The notes under the pieces: model-generated
What the model saw: the letters and a program-made list of their open reading frames with translations, nothing else
Told to the model about the DNA's origin: nothing
Databases searched by the model: none
Assembly: GCA_003599755.1 (NCBI GenBank)
Contig: QZJO01000009.1
Location: 22,140 to 86,139 of the forward strand
DNA: 64,000 nucleotides
DNA from: Candidatus Parcubacteria bacterium
Lineage (GTDB): Bacteria; Patescibacteriota; Minisyncoccia; Sungbacterales; SURF-37
Direction of reading: 5' to 3'
Shown: positions 32,912 to 41,570 of the stretch, one piece after another
How the letters are laid out: each line of letters begins with the position of its first letter
Numbering within the stretch: the first letter of the stretch is position 1
Position numbers and translations under genes: made by a program

Positions 32912-33763
32912 CTATCTGGCAGCAATAGTGCGAGGCACATTTAAACCAGAACTGAAAAAGAGGATCTCTTTGCCCACTCGTGGTCCGCGCGCAGTATGCA
33001 AAAGATGGTGACGCTTTGATCTAAGACCGGCATAAATCTTTCGAATCTCGGCATGATCATCGTAGGAAACAATCCACCTCACCCCTTTGATGCTTCTTAC
33101 TACTTTACCGACGGCTACATGGTCATCCTTGTCGTAATGGTTCATGTATAAAGACTCGCCTTTTAGATAGTACGGAGGGTCAAGGTAGAATATTGTTTTT
33201 TTGTTCTCTAACCTCCTCGCAATTTTCCGAACTAAATCCATTGCGTCCATATGTTTGACATGGATTTTGCTTTTATGCTTGGCAATTTTCTTTATGCGCT
33301 TTATCAGCTCCTTTTTGTTGAAGCGACAATTCAGCTTGTACTCGCCCGTCTGATGAATATTCCCGATAGGGCCTCCGTTGAGAATCCCCGAGACATTTGT
33401 TCTATTCAGGAAGAAAGTAGCAAAGCCGAGCTTAAGCAAAGGTTCGTTCTCTTTATTTTGAAGAATCGCGCGCTGCCTCTTCCATGTTGTAATATTTACC
33501 CGTGTCGCGCGGATGAGTTTTATCAACTCTTCCGAGCGGTGAACTGCGGAGTACCAAAAAGCATAAATAGCCCTATCCTTATCGTTTATTGTTATCTCTG
33601 AAACGTACCCCTCAAACAAAAGGTGGAGAGCCACAGATGCACCTCCGGCATACGGCTCTACATAATGTCCGTTGATATCGTTGCGCTCACAGATTTTTGC
33701 AATAAACTTTGCGAGCTCATTTTTTCCTCCCGGATATCGAAGCGGTGAATAAAATTTTTTCAT
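32912..33763 (-). CDS. DNA adenine methyltransferase (Dam/D12 class)
   Basis: SPLRYPGGK, EPYAGG, LNRT, YLDPPYY. Confidence 0.93.
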   Translation of the reverse strand: MKKFYSPLRYPGGKNELAKFIAKICERNDINGHYVEPYAGGASVALHLLFEGYVSEITINDKDRAIYAFWYSAVHRSEELIKLIRATRVNITTWKRQRAILQNKENEPLLKLGFATFFLNRTNVSGILNGGPIGNIHQTGEYKLNCRFNKKELIKRIKKIAKHKSKIHVKHMDAMDLVRKIARRLENKKTIFYLDPPYYLKGESLYMNHYDKDDHVAVGKVVRSIKGVRWIVSYDDHAEIRKIYAGLRSKRHHLLHTARGPRVGKEILFFSSGLNVPRTIAAR

Positions 33764-35136
33764 GACAACTTGTTTGTGTCTAAGCTGCTCAGGAGATCGT
33801 TCGGCTCTTGCAGCATAAACTCGATCAAGGGTATCAGATTCTCGCCTTGTGTTCTCGCATCACTCGCGGACGCGCCTACCTTATAATTATGCACTACTTG
33901 ATGTAGCTTTTCGAGGTCGAATCCACGGAAAGCGTTTTTTGTACCAGTGTCGGTGATCAGCTCGGTAAATTTTTCTTTTAACACGGCAAAGTTGGTGTAA
34001 GTGTTTCTCCTACCATGCCTGTCGTAGAAGGCGGAATGAAAATTGTTGTACGATGCAAGCTCCTTATTTTTGTATTTCGTCTCCGCAACAACATATTTCA
34101 GCACGGCCTCAAATGTAACACGAACAAGAGCAACCTTCGCGTTCGCAAACTGCGAGTTGTCGAGGTTATAACATTCGTTAACGAGGCGCTTTAATTTCGG
34201 TGCAACTTGTTTCCGCTCATACGCCGGTCGTGTCTTTACGGATCCTCTTTTACCCGGAGTGATTGGCGTAGTTGTTGGGAGAGATGTGGGCGTTGTACCT
34301 TGCTCGACCTCTGCTTTCGGCAGTTCTTTTGGCGTAAAGCCATGGGTAGACAACCTCTTGAGAAAATCCCCGTGTTCGTGATCCACATCACCATGTGAGG
34401 TTTTAGGCTTAGCGTTAAGATATGCAACGAGGGCGCTGATATACGAAGTAAACTGCGCTTGATCTAGTATCTCGATAACGTATGCAGGCTTGCCCTTGAA
34501 CTGATAGCCGCACTGCTTACTGTACGCAAACAGACGTTCAAAAATAATGGTTTTGCCACCGGCGTTCCCTTTTCCACGACGCAACAATTTCTTTAGGTCT
34601 TCTTCTCCAATCTTTACAGCCTCGTAGTAGAAGCTAGCGAGCTTAATGAGCCGCGATGGGTTTGAGTCGATCTCGCGTATTACTTCTTCTGAGGAACCGG
34701 ATTGGTGCATTTCGTACGCTTTGAGGGCTTTTGCAATCGGATCCCATTCCCTAAAGAGGCTATGCATGTGCTGTTCTTGGATGCGTCGATCAAGCTCTTT
34801 CTCGTCGCGGTACACCAGCACAGGTAGCTGTTTTATATCTACCTTTGCGAGCTCAAGCCCGTACTTCCTTTGGTTACGTAGGGCTTTGACGGCCGCACAT
34901 CTGCGATTACCATCGCGCACAAGAAAATTCTTGCCTTTTGGCACAACCCACAAAGCTTGATCTGGGTAGAAATAACCACGATCAGAGATATTCTTTGCCA
35001 CTTCTTCAGCCGCCTCTGTATAAAGTAGGTATTCAACAAGATCTTCCTCTCTTCCGCTGCCACTATAAAGCTCTGCGAACCTATGATTATTAGGATCGAG
35101 TATGAGCTGAGTTATATTCTTATATTCGATTTTCAT
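33760..35136 (-). CDS. ParB/Srx-like N-domain protein with putative HEPN-like C-terminus
   Basis: LDPNNHRF, VRDGNRRCAAVK; C-terminal ALVRVTFE...LHQVVHN; ATGA overlap with the MTase gene. Confidence 0.7.
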   Translation of the reverse strand: MKIEYKNITQLILDPNNHRFAELYSGSGREEDLVEYLLYTEAAEEVAKNISDRGYFYPDQALWVVPKGKNFLVRDGNRRCAAVKALRNQRKYGLELAKVDIKQLPVLVYRDEKELDRRIQEQHMHSLFREWDPIAKALKAYEMHQSGSSEEVIREIDSNPSRLIKLASFYYEAVKIGEEDLKKLLRRGKGNAGGKTIIFERLFAYSKQCGYQFKGKPAYVIEILDQAQFTSYISALVAYLNAKPKTSHGDVDHEHGDFLKRLSTHGFTPKELPKAEVEQGTTPTSLPTTTPITPGKRGSVKTRPAYERKQVAPKLKRLVNECYNLDNSQFANAKVALVRVTFEAVLKYVVAETKYKNKELASYNNFHSAFYDRHGRRNTYTNFAVLKEKFTELITDTGTKNAFRGFDLEKLHQVVHNYKVGASASDARTQGENLIPLIEFMLQEPNDLLSSLDTNKLS

Positions 35137-35186
35137 GCTTCGTTCTAGATTTGCTATTCCGATTTTGAAAGGCTAGTACTAAAAGG

Positions 35187-37991
35187 TTATGCGCTACTGG
35201 AAGCCGTCGTACGCTTGTAAGCGCTATGTGCTCGCACAGATTTTGTTTTTACCGCTTCACGACCCACATAAACCCCGTATAGCCCAAAAAGAAATTCGAG
35301 ACGTTCCGCTTCCGTTTTGAATGAACGCTTGCCGTAGCAGGCATCAACTGCACGATCGAGCGCGCGATGTGCTTCGAGAAGTTTCAGCGGCATGGTTTCG
35401 GGATTGTAGAGATCAGCGAGCGTGGCGTTCGGGAATTGTTTTCTAGCATCAAGCACGGACTGCGCCGCTTGCTCTACTTTTTCTTTTTGCTCTTTCGTAG
35501 GATTTTCCGGCCATGGAAAGTTGTTATATACGATATCTTTTGAATAACGGTAGTCGGACTTGAGACGGCCGGCTACGGCTCGGACCCATGTCATATGCAT
35601 TTCGCTTTGAAGAACGCCGAAGTGATAGAGAGAGGCGTTAGGAACGATCTTCAAAAGATTGCTGGCAAGCGTATCCGGTTCGATAAAGCCAATTGGAATA
35701 TAATGCCGCCGCTCAGATGAAACTTCTGGTATGACTAAATATGTATCCTTCGGCATATTCTCCACATGGAATCGCGTCGGCGTTTCCGCTAATTTTCGTG
35801 TCGGAGCGCTTTTGCTCAAGCGACGGAATTCAGCTACCGCCTGAATGCGTCGAAGTACTTCAGGCATGGCCGCAATTTCTTCGGGCGCGGCGTCGCCGAG
35901 CCAGAGACACCAGCGTTCATATCCGTTCAGAAATTCATCAGCGCCGATCCAGCGCTTAAAGAATTTTTCTGCCTTCGGTTCTTTTTCAAGAAATGCTTCT
36001 TTTTCTTCTGGTGTGAAAAGATAGAGTCCCCCATCGATCGGTTTATTGCCAATTCCGATTTCCGGAACGTCCGCAATCGGCTTGCCTCGACTTTCAACCA
36101 GTACATTTGGTGCATCCACGAGATATGCATTAATCTGCTGCGCCAGAATCTCGTGCGGTTCACTGCGGATATCCGCATATTCATAAATACGGGGGCGTGG
36201 GTGCGGGGACGTGCCAAACCCGATAATGACGCAGTAGACCGCAGCTTTGCCCGGCGCTTCATTGCTCCATTTGAACGTCCGATGGGCAAAATGAATCTTG
36301 ATTCCCCGTTGATTGAGGAGCCGCCACAGCACAGCGACCTGTTCGCCCTGGGTAATCGAGTTTGTTGAGACAAAGGCACAGGCGATAGCCGTTCCTTGAA
36401 TGTATGCTGATGCCTTGGCGTACCAGCCACAGACGAAATCGAGCGTCCCGGATCCTGGCGCATTTTGAAAAAGATCCGTGATTTCCTTCCGCTGCGTATC
36501 GGACATAAGCTTCGAGCCGACGAAGGGCGGATTGCCGAGGACGTAGGTCAATTGTGATTTCGGTACGGCACTTTCCCAGTCGAGTGTGAGTGCATTATCT
36601 TCAACGATGTGCGGCTGTTCTGTGAGTGGGAGTTTGGCAAACGGCCTTCCGAAGTGGTCGCCAAGCTCGGTATTCGCAATGTGATCAGCGAGCCAAAGCG
36701 AGAGCCGGGCAATGGCCGCTGGAAATGATTCTATCTCAATGCCGAACATGCGTTCGATGGAAAGCTTCGAAATTTTCGTAATATCAAATGTTCCGGGCGC
36801 TTCACTTCCCCTGCGGATATCTTCTACTTTTTCCGCGTAGAACCGTTTGATGATCTCGAGTTCAATCCGGCGGAGTTCGCGATACGCTACCACAAGGAAA
36901 TTCCCGCAGCCGCAAGCCGGGTCAAGAAGCGCTATTGCCGCAATTTTGTTCCATAGGCGATCGAGTTTTGCATGGCTCGTACCGGCATCAGCGAGTTCTT
37001 TATGGAGATCATCGAGAAAAAGCCCGCTGATGACTTTTAGAATATTCTTTTCGGACGTATAGTGCGCTCCCAGATCATGGCGCGCTTTTTCATCCATCAC
37101 TGATTGGAACATGGATCCGAAGATGGCCGGCGATATTCCGGACCAGTCGAAGGACATACAACTCAAAATATTCTCGCGGATACTGACGGTGCCGAATACG
37201 GAAGATAGATGCTCAGCGAACAGGCCACCATTCACGTATGGCAAAGCGGCTAAATCTTCATCGAGCGTCGTCTGACGCTTTTCGATGGGCGTATTGAGAA
37301 CCTCGAATATCGCTCCGAGATGATAGCCGATATCCGAACCATCAATCTCGGTTCTATCCTCCAAGTACATTTTGAACGAGTCGCGATTGAAAATTCCGGT
37401 ATCATCAGCAAAAAAGCAGAATACCAGACGGGTGAGGAGTGTGCTTATTTCATTGGGTGGATAGTTTGATGCGCGGAGCGCGTCATAGAGCTTCCCGATC
37501 GCGCTTACCGCTTTGATCGTAATCGGGCTTTCTTCTTTGTAGGTTCTCGTCTGGAATCCGAGGATAAACGCAAAGCGACGGACGTGCTTGGGAAAATCCG
37601 AAAGCAGGCACTGGAATTGCTCGATTCCGTTTTCACCCTCTAGATCATAGAGACGGATAAGGATGAAGTTTGAAACAATGATGTAGCGCGGTTTTTCTTC
37701 TTCGGGAAGCGCATCAAAGTACGACCCCGCTTGGTCATAGGCACTGTCAAGATTTTCGCCGACCGATTTATGCTCGACAATGAGGACTCCAGGCCAAAAG
37801 AGATCAATAAAACCAGTATTTCCCTTCAGCCGTTTTACGTGCTGTTGATAGCGCGCAACGGTTCTTCGGCGGATACCAAATACCTCGAAAAATTCATTCC
37901 AAAAAGAAGCGTACTCCGCTTCTCGCTCTTCATTTTCCCATTCACGGGCGAATTGCACCGCGCGGTTCCGAATTTCGTTCCAGTTCAGCAT
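35187..37991 (-). CDS. MmeI-like (type IIL/IIG) fused restriction-modification enzyme
   Basis: FIDLFWPG..VEHKS nuclease motif, GAHYTS, LDPACGCGNFL, GNPPF, RLKSDYRYS. Confidence 0.92.
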   Translation of the reverse strand: MLNWNEIRNRAVQFAREWENEEREAEYASFWNEFFEVFGIRRRTVARYQQHVKRLKGNTGFIDLFWPGVLIVEHKSVGENLDSAYDQAGSYFDALPEEEKPRYIIVSNFILIRLYDLEGENGIEQFQCLLSDFPKHVRRFAFILGFQTRTYKEESPITIKAVSAIGKLYDALRASNYPPNEISTLLTRLVFCFFADDTGIFNRDSFKMYLEDRTEIDGSDIGYHLGAIFEVLNTPIEKRQTTLDEDLAALPYVNGGLFAEHLSSVFGTVSIRENILSCMSFDWSGISPAIFGSMFQSVMDEKARHDLGAHYTSEKNILKVISGLFLDDLHKELADAGTSHAKLDRLWNKIAAIALLDPACGCGNFLVVAYRELRRIELEIIKRFYAEKVEDIRRGSEAPGTFDITKISKLSIERMFGIEIESFPAAIARLSLWLADHIANTELGDHFGRPFAKLPLTEQPHIVEDNALTLDWESAVPKSQLTYVLGNPPFVGSKLMSDTQRKEITDLFQNAPGSGTLDFVCGWYAKASAYIQGTAIACAFVSTNSITQGEQVAVLWRLLNQRGIKIHFAHRTFKWSNEAPGKAAVYCVIIGFGTSPHPRPRIYEYADIRSEPHEILAQQINAYLVDAPNVLVESRGKPIADVPEIGIGNKPIDGGLYLFTPEEKEAFLEKEPKAEKFFKRWIGADEFLNGYERWCLWLGDAAPEEIAAMPEVLRRIQAVAEFRRLSKSAPTRKLAETPTRFHVENMPKDTYLVIPEVSSERRHYIPIGFIEPDTLASNLLKIVPNASLYHFGVLQSEMHMTWVRAVAGRLKSDYRYSKDIVYNNFPWPENPTKEQKEKVEQAAQSVLDARKQFPNATLADLYNPETMPLKLLEAHRALDRAVDACYGKRSFKTEAERLEFLFGLYGVYVGREAVKTKSVRAHSAYKRTTASSSA

Positions 37992-38121
37992 GCACGTTTC
38001 TAATGCAGTTTCTGCCGATAAAATCACATATTTGCTGTATTAAATCAAGAGCTCCCGCAAACCAATATGCAGTTGCATGAATTTGGCGGTTTACTTAAAA
38101 ATCTTGGAATATTTAAACCAA

Positions 38122-38152
38122 CGAGGACTACCGCAGCTTACGGTAGTCCTCG
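38122..38152 (-). terminator. Hairpin/terminator after the small ORF
   Basis: CGAGGACTACCG-loop-CGGTAGTCCTCG. Confidence 0.6.
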
Positions 38153-38164
38153 AAGCCTCAAAAA

Positions 38165-38320
38165 TTATTTTTTTCTCGAGGGTTTTGTATCGCCGTGTCC
38201 CGGTTTCGGAACTCTCTCTACGACATGCGTGTCGGGATAGCGACGCGCTTTCTTCACGGTCGTAAATTCGCCGTTGCGAGCATCCCGGCCACGAAGAGTA
38301 GTTTTTGAGTCCTTACTCAT
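38165..38320 (-). CDS. Small basic protein (51 aa), below the ORF-track cutoff
   Basis: MSKDSKTTLRGRDARNGEFTTVKKARRYPDTHVVERVPKPGHGDTKPSRKK; lies between the previous gene's stop and a hairpin. Confidence 0.7.
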   Translation of the reverse strand: MSKDSKTTLRGRDARNGEFTTVKKARRYPDTHVVERVPKPGHGDTKPSRKK

Positions 38321-38334
38321 TACGGTTATGGACG

Positions 38335-38607
38335 CTAGAACGTCCTGCCGCGAAGCCAGGTCAATCCCTCCTGGTCATCTATTCGTCCCCACCACTCTCT
38401 CGTCAAGCCAAAAACGATGAGTTCGTCATTGCGATCGAGATGAGGGGCGAGGCGATCATAGATCTGCTGTGCGCTCAGTGAGGTATCAACGAGCCATACG
38501 GACGTGGTGTGATGCCACCACGATCCAGAAAGGCTTCGAATCGCTTCGTGAAGAGAGCTGTAATCGCGTCCCGGTGAGTGAAGAGTATAGGAGATGATGT
38601 GAATCAC
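38335..38607 (-). CDS. Cas2/VapD-like ferredoxin-fold small protein
   Basis: IISYTLHSPGRDYSSL...SVWLV...LDRNDELIV. Confidence 0.65.
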   Translation of the reverse strand: MIHIISYTLHSPGRDYSSLHEAIRSLSGSWWHHTTSVWLVDTSLSAQQIYDRLAPHLDRNDELIVFGLTREWWGRIDDQEGLTWLRGRTF

Positions 38608-38757
38608 CTGTTCTCAGATACTGTTGATAGCTGGAAACTGCCGCTGATATGATGGATGCACAGTAAGCGCGCCAATCGACCGGGAGTCAAACTGAAGGCC
38701 ATCATACCATTTCGTTTGATTCCGCTTGGTTGCCTGCGGTACTCAGCTTCAGTGCCC

Positions 38758-38785
38758 ACAAAAACCGCCGCATGGCGGTTTTTGT
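38758..38785. terminator. Bidirectional intrinsic terminator
   Basis: ACAAAAACCGCC-loop-GGCGGTTTTTGT. Confidence 0.8.
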
Positions 38786-38830
38786 CGATTCTAAAGAAAT
38801 ATATTTATGCGTACGTCAGGGAGGGGCATA

Positions 38831-39184
38831 TTAATTTAAATCTTTCAGGGAAATACTTTTGACCACGCTACCGTGATAAACTTTTCTCCTGTAATACAAG
38901 GCTAATCCGAGGAATAGGACGGTCAGCGTCGTAAAAACGCAGGCGCTCCACCAAAGAGCGAGCGGCTGGGAGGGCTCAATGGCGTAAGCAGTCCAGAAAC
39001 CGACTGCAATAGGTGCAATAAGCGCTACGAGCCATTGGAACAACTCGTAATGTCTAAGTTCATTCGCTTGCACAAGTTCCATGCCGATTTCATCGGGGAA
39101 TCGGACGGTTACTCTTGTTTGCCGCCCTATATGGGGAGCTGATTTATTATCAGAAGATTCTTCTTTTATGCGCCCGTTCTTCAT
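38831..39184 (-). CDS. 2TM membrane protein overlapping the LexA-like gene
   Basis: Two hydrophobic helices; start overlaps the 3' end of the LexA-like gene. Confidence 0.65.
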   Translation of the reverse strand: MKNGRIKEESSDNKSAPHIGRQTRVTVRFPDEIGMELVQANELRHYELFQWLVALIAPIAVGFWTAYAIEPSQPLALWWSACVFTTLTVLFLGLALYYRRKVYHGSVVKSISLKDLN

Positions 39185-39839
39185 CTTCGATCGGGATAAT
39201 TTGGTAATCATCCATCCGTTCGACCTGAATCACCTGAATAACCTTTCCGAATATTTGGAAGTCCCGCCGTAGAATTATGGCTTTATGCTCGGAGTCCGAG
39301 GTAACTGGGGTGAGTACGATGGCATTATTGCCGAATGCGATTTTCTTAATCACGGCATTGTCGTCGATAATGGCAACGACGATATCTCCGGTTTGAACAT
39401 TCTGCGTCATTTCGGTAAGAACGAAATCGCCGTCGTGGATTCCGGCATCTTCCATCGACGAACCGACCGCTCGGATAACATAAACATTTTCACGGCCGGA
39501 GATCAGGCTCGCGGCCACGGGGATATATTCGTCGAACTGCCGGTCGGCAATCACGCTCGGACTGCCACACCCTGCGGAGGCGAATACTGGCACCTGCAAG
39601 ATTTCCTCGCGAGCTGGATCATCTTCGACAATTTGTATACCGCGGCGGGAAAACCGACCTCGTCGAATTAGCCCTTTACTTTCGAGTGCTTTCAAGTACT
39701 GGGTCACTGACCGAATGCTTTTGGCGCCGACTGCCTTTCCGATTTCAGCCAAAGTAGGTGCTTCTCCCCTCTGGGCAAGACATGCCTTAATAAAATCGTA
39801 AACGCATCGCTGATTTGCCGTGAGCAGAGCCGGTTTCAT
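39150..39839 (-). CDS. lexA: LexA-family repressor/autopeptidase
   Basis: wHTH (APTLAEIG), AGCG cleavage loop, GSSM catalytic Ser, catalytic Lys (IKK); TTGCAA-N17-TATAAT upstream. Confidence 0.85.
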   Translation of the reverse strand: MKPALLTANQRCVYDFIKACLAQRGEAPTLAEIGKAVGAKSIRSVTQYLKALESKGLIRRGRFSRRGIQIVEDDPAREEILQVPVFASAGCGSPSVIADRQFDEYIPVAASLISGRENVYVIRAVGSSMEDAGIHDGDFVLTEMTQNVQTGDIVVAIIDDNAVIKKIAFGNNAIVLTPVTSDSEHKAIILRRDFQIFGKVIQVIQVERMDDYQIIPIEDEERAHKRRIF

Positions 39840-39911
39840 CGGGAGTAATTATAGCATCCACCTTTTCGCATTGCAAGATCCACCATATCCTACCCAGCCG
39901 CCCAAGGCTAC

Positions 39912-40361
39912 TTACCTCCTCCGCTCCTCCCACTCCGGCACGTCTTCGCCAACAATATAGAAAAAATGGAATGCGCCGGTGGGGCCGATCCAGCGAAAGG
40001 TTTTGACCAGGATCGCGCGGCGCTTGGCGTAGGGCAGCTTCCTGATGGAACGGATGAAAGCGGCAAAGGAGCCGTGCTCTTTTTGCAGGCCCTGGATGAT
40101 GCGCGCGTTTTCTATTGTGCCGCGGATCTTCGCGCCGTTCCTAATAATGCCCGGATCGGCGAGCAAGCGCAGAACGTCACGCGCGCCCATCTTCGCCACT
40201 TTCTGAACATTGAAATTATGGAATGCCTTTCGGAAATGCGGCCACTTGTTGCGCACGACTTCCCAGGAAAACCCCGCCTGGAATACGGATTGCGCCAGCG
40301 CTTCAAGATAGCCGTTGTCGTCCTTCGGGCGCTTGGGCGTGGGAATGTAGTAGTCGTACAT
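39912..40361 (-). CDS. DNA-3-methyladenine glycosylase I (Tag-like)
   Basis: FQAGFSW, FHNF, IIRNGAKI, IGPT. Confidence 0.85.
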   Translation of the reverse strand: MYDYYIPTPKRPKDDNGYLEALAQSVFQAGFSWEVVRNKWPHFRKAFHNFNVQKVAKMGARDVLRLLADPGIIRNGAKIRGTIENARIIQGLQKEHGSFAAFIRSIRKLPYAKRRAILVKTFRWIGPTGAFHFFYIVGEDVPEWEERRR

Positions 40362-40404
40362 AGCCGTATTGTTCGCCGTTTGAACTCCCTATTCGCAGCA
40401 TCAT

Positions 40405-40426
40405 CCAAACCAAAACCGCCCGCAAG
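40405..40426. repeat. 22-bp direct repeat, copy 1
   Basis: CCAAACCAAAACCGCCCGCAAG, identical at 41233-41254. Confidence 0.85.
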
Positions 40427-40539
40427 CTCTAAAAAAACAACCCGCCCCGGCGCATGCGAGCGCGCGGGGCGGTGGCTTTTCGTCCACGAAGGTACTGCTC
40501 TGACTGGTGCAGAACCAGCGCGTGGCTAGGCTGCCGGCA

Positions 40540-40677
40540 TCACGGCGTTTTACCGGTGAGTGTACCGACGATGAGGGCGGTGACGAGAAGCAGGGTGGCG
40601 ACGATCGCGCCCCAGGAGGTGATCTGAACGAACCATCCCTCTCTTGCTCGCTCTCTCTTGAGGATATCCCTATTCAT
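40540..40677 (-). CDS. Small single-TM protein (45 aa)
   Basis: AAGAGGAG SD; MNRDILKRE...WGAIVATLLLVTALIVG. Confidence 0.55.
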   Translation of the reverse strand: MNRDILKRERAREGWFVQITSWGAIVATLLLVTALIVGTLTGKTP

Positions 40678-40693
40678 GTATTGTCTCCTCTTC

Positions 40694-41131
40694 TCAGCGA
40701 AAGAGAACTGGTGCGTGATAGATCGCCCGAACCAACCAAACAAGAGCGACGAAAATACCGATGCCCGAGAACAACCTTCGGCTGGCGAGCGCGCGAGAGC
40801 GTCTTTCTTCGAACTCCGGATCACTGAAGATCTTGACCCTCGCACTGTCGGAGCCGTCCTGGTCGATCTCTTCCAGAGCCGCAAGTCTGGCGTCGAAGAA
40901 GGCGATCCAGTTATTAGCGCGGCCCGTCGCGCTCAGGATGAGCAGGTGCACAAATAGTCCGACCAGACTGATGACGAACTTCACCCACTCCGGTTGTCCT
41001 GTACCGAATACGATGGGCAATGCCACGGTGTTAAAGACCAGGAACATCTGAACCCGGCCTCACTGCTGTTGCATGTAGCTGCTGCGGACATTGCAGAGGC
41101 CCGTGTATATGTTAGGTTCGCCGTTTTGCAC
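40694..41131 (-). pseudogene. Membrane protein interrupted by an in-frame TGA
   Basis: AAAGGGG SD, GTG 41131, 23 codons, TGA at 41062-41060, then the same frame continues GRVQMFLVFN... with three TMs. Confidence 0.6.
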
Positions 41132-41232
41132 GGTTGTTCCCCTTTCTCCGCTGGCGTCGCTTTATTTCCTTTACCATGTTTGAACTTAAAAATCAAGAAG
41201 ATATTTCTCGAATTGCAGGATAATTTTTAGTC

Positions 41233-41254
41233 CCAAACCAAAACCGCCCGCAAG
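41233..41254. repeat. 22-bp direct repeat, copy 2
   Basis: Identical to 40405-40426. Confidence 0.85.
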
Positions 41255-41570
41255 GGGTCGCCCCCTCACCTCCTCCGGTCCTCCCATTCAAATGAGCCGT
41301 GCTCCTTTGAAGCCTCGAAACTCCTCTGCCCCTGGCCGTGTCCTATCAAATAACACGCCGGATCACGAACGGTTCGGCTGATGGGGCGCCCAAGGCCCCC
41401 GACAATGTCCGCCAGGCGGACGCCAGCGGTCGCTGGTACCCTCAAGGGGTCAGGCGGCTTTTTTTATTGCGCGAGGCGGTTGCCATTTCTCCAAAATAGT
41501 GGTTTATTTTCCATAGTCCCGCTCTTCTCAGAACCGTGCGCGGCAGTCCCACCCCCACAAGGAGGAACGC

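Noticed and set aside
38335-38607. Cas2-like gene as evidence of CRISPR-Cas
   Set aside because: Stand-alone, with no array or other cas genes in the window
41060-41062. Alternative genetic code (TGA recoding)
   Set aside because: TGA ends several well-defined genes here (GPI, rsmH, rpsB, fba) and no other conserved gene has an internal TGA
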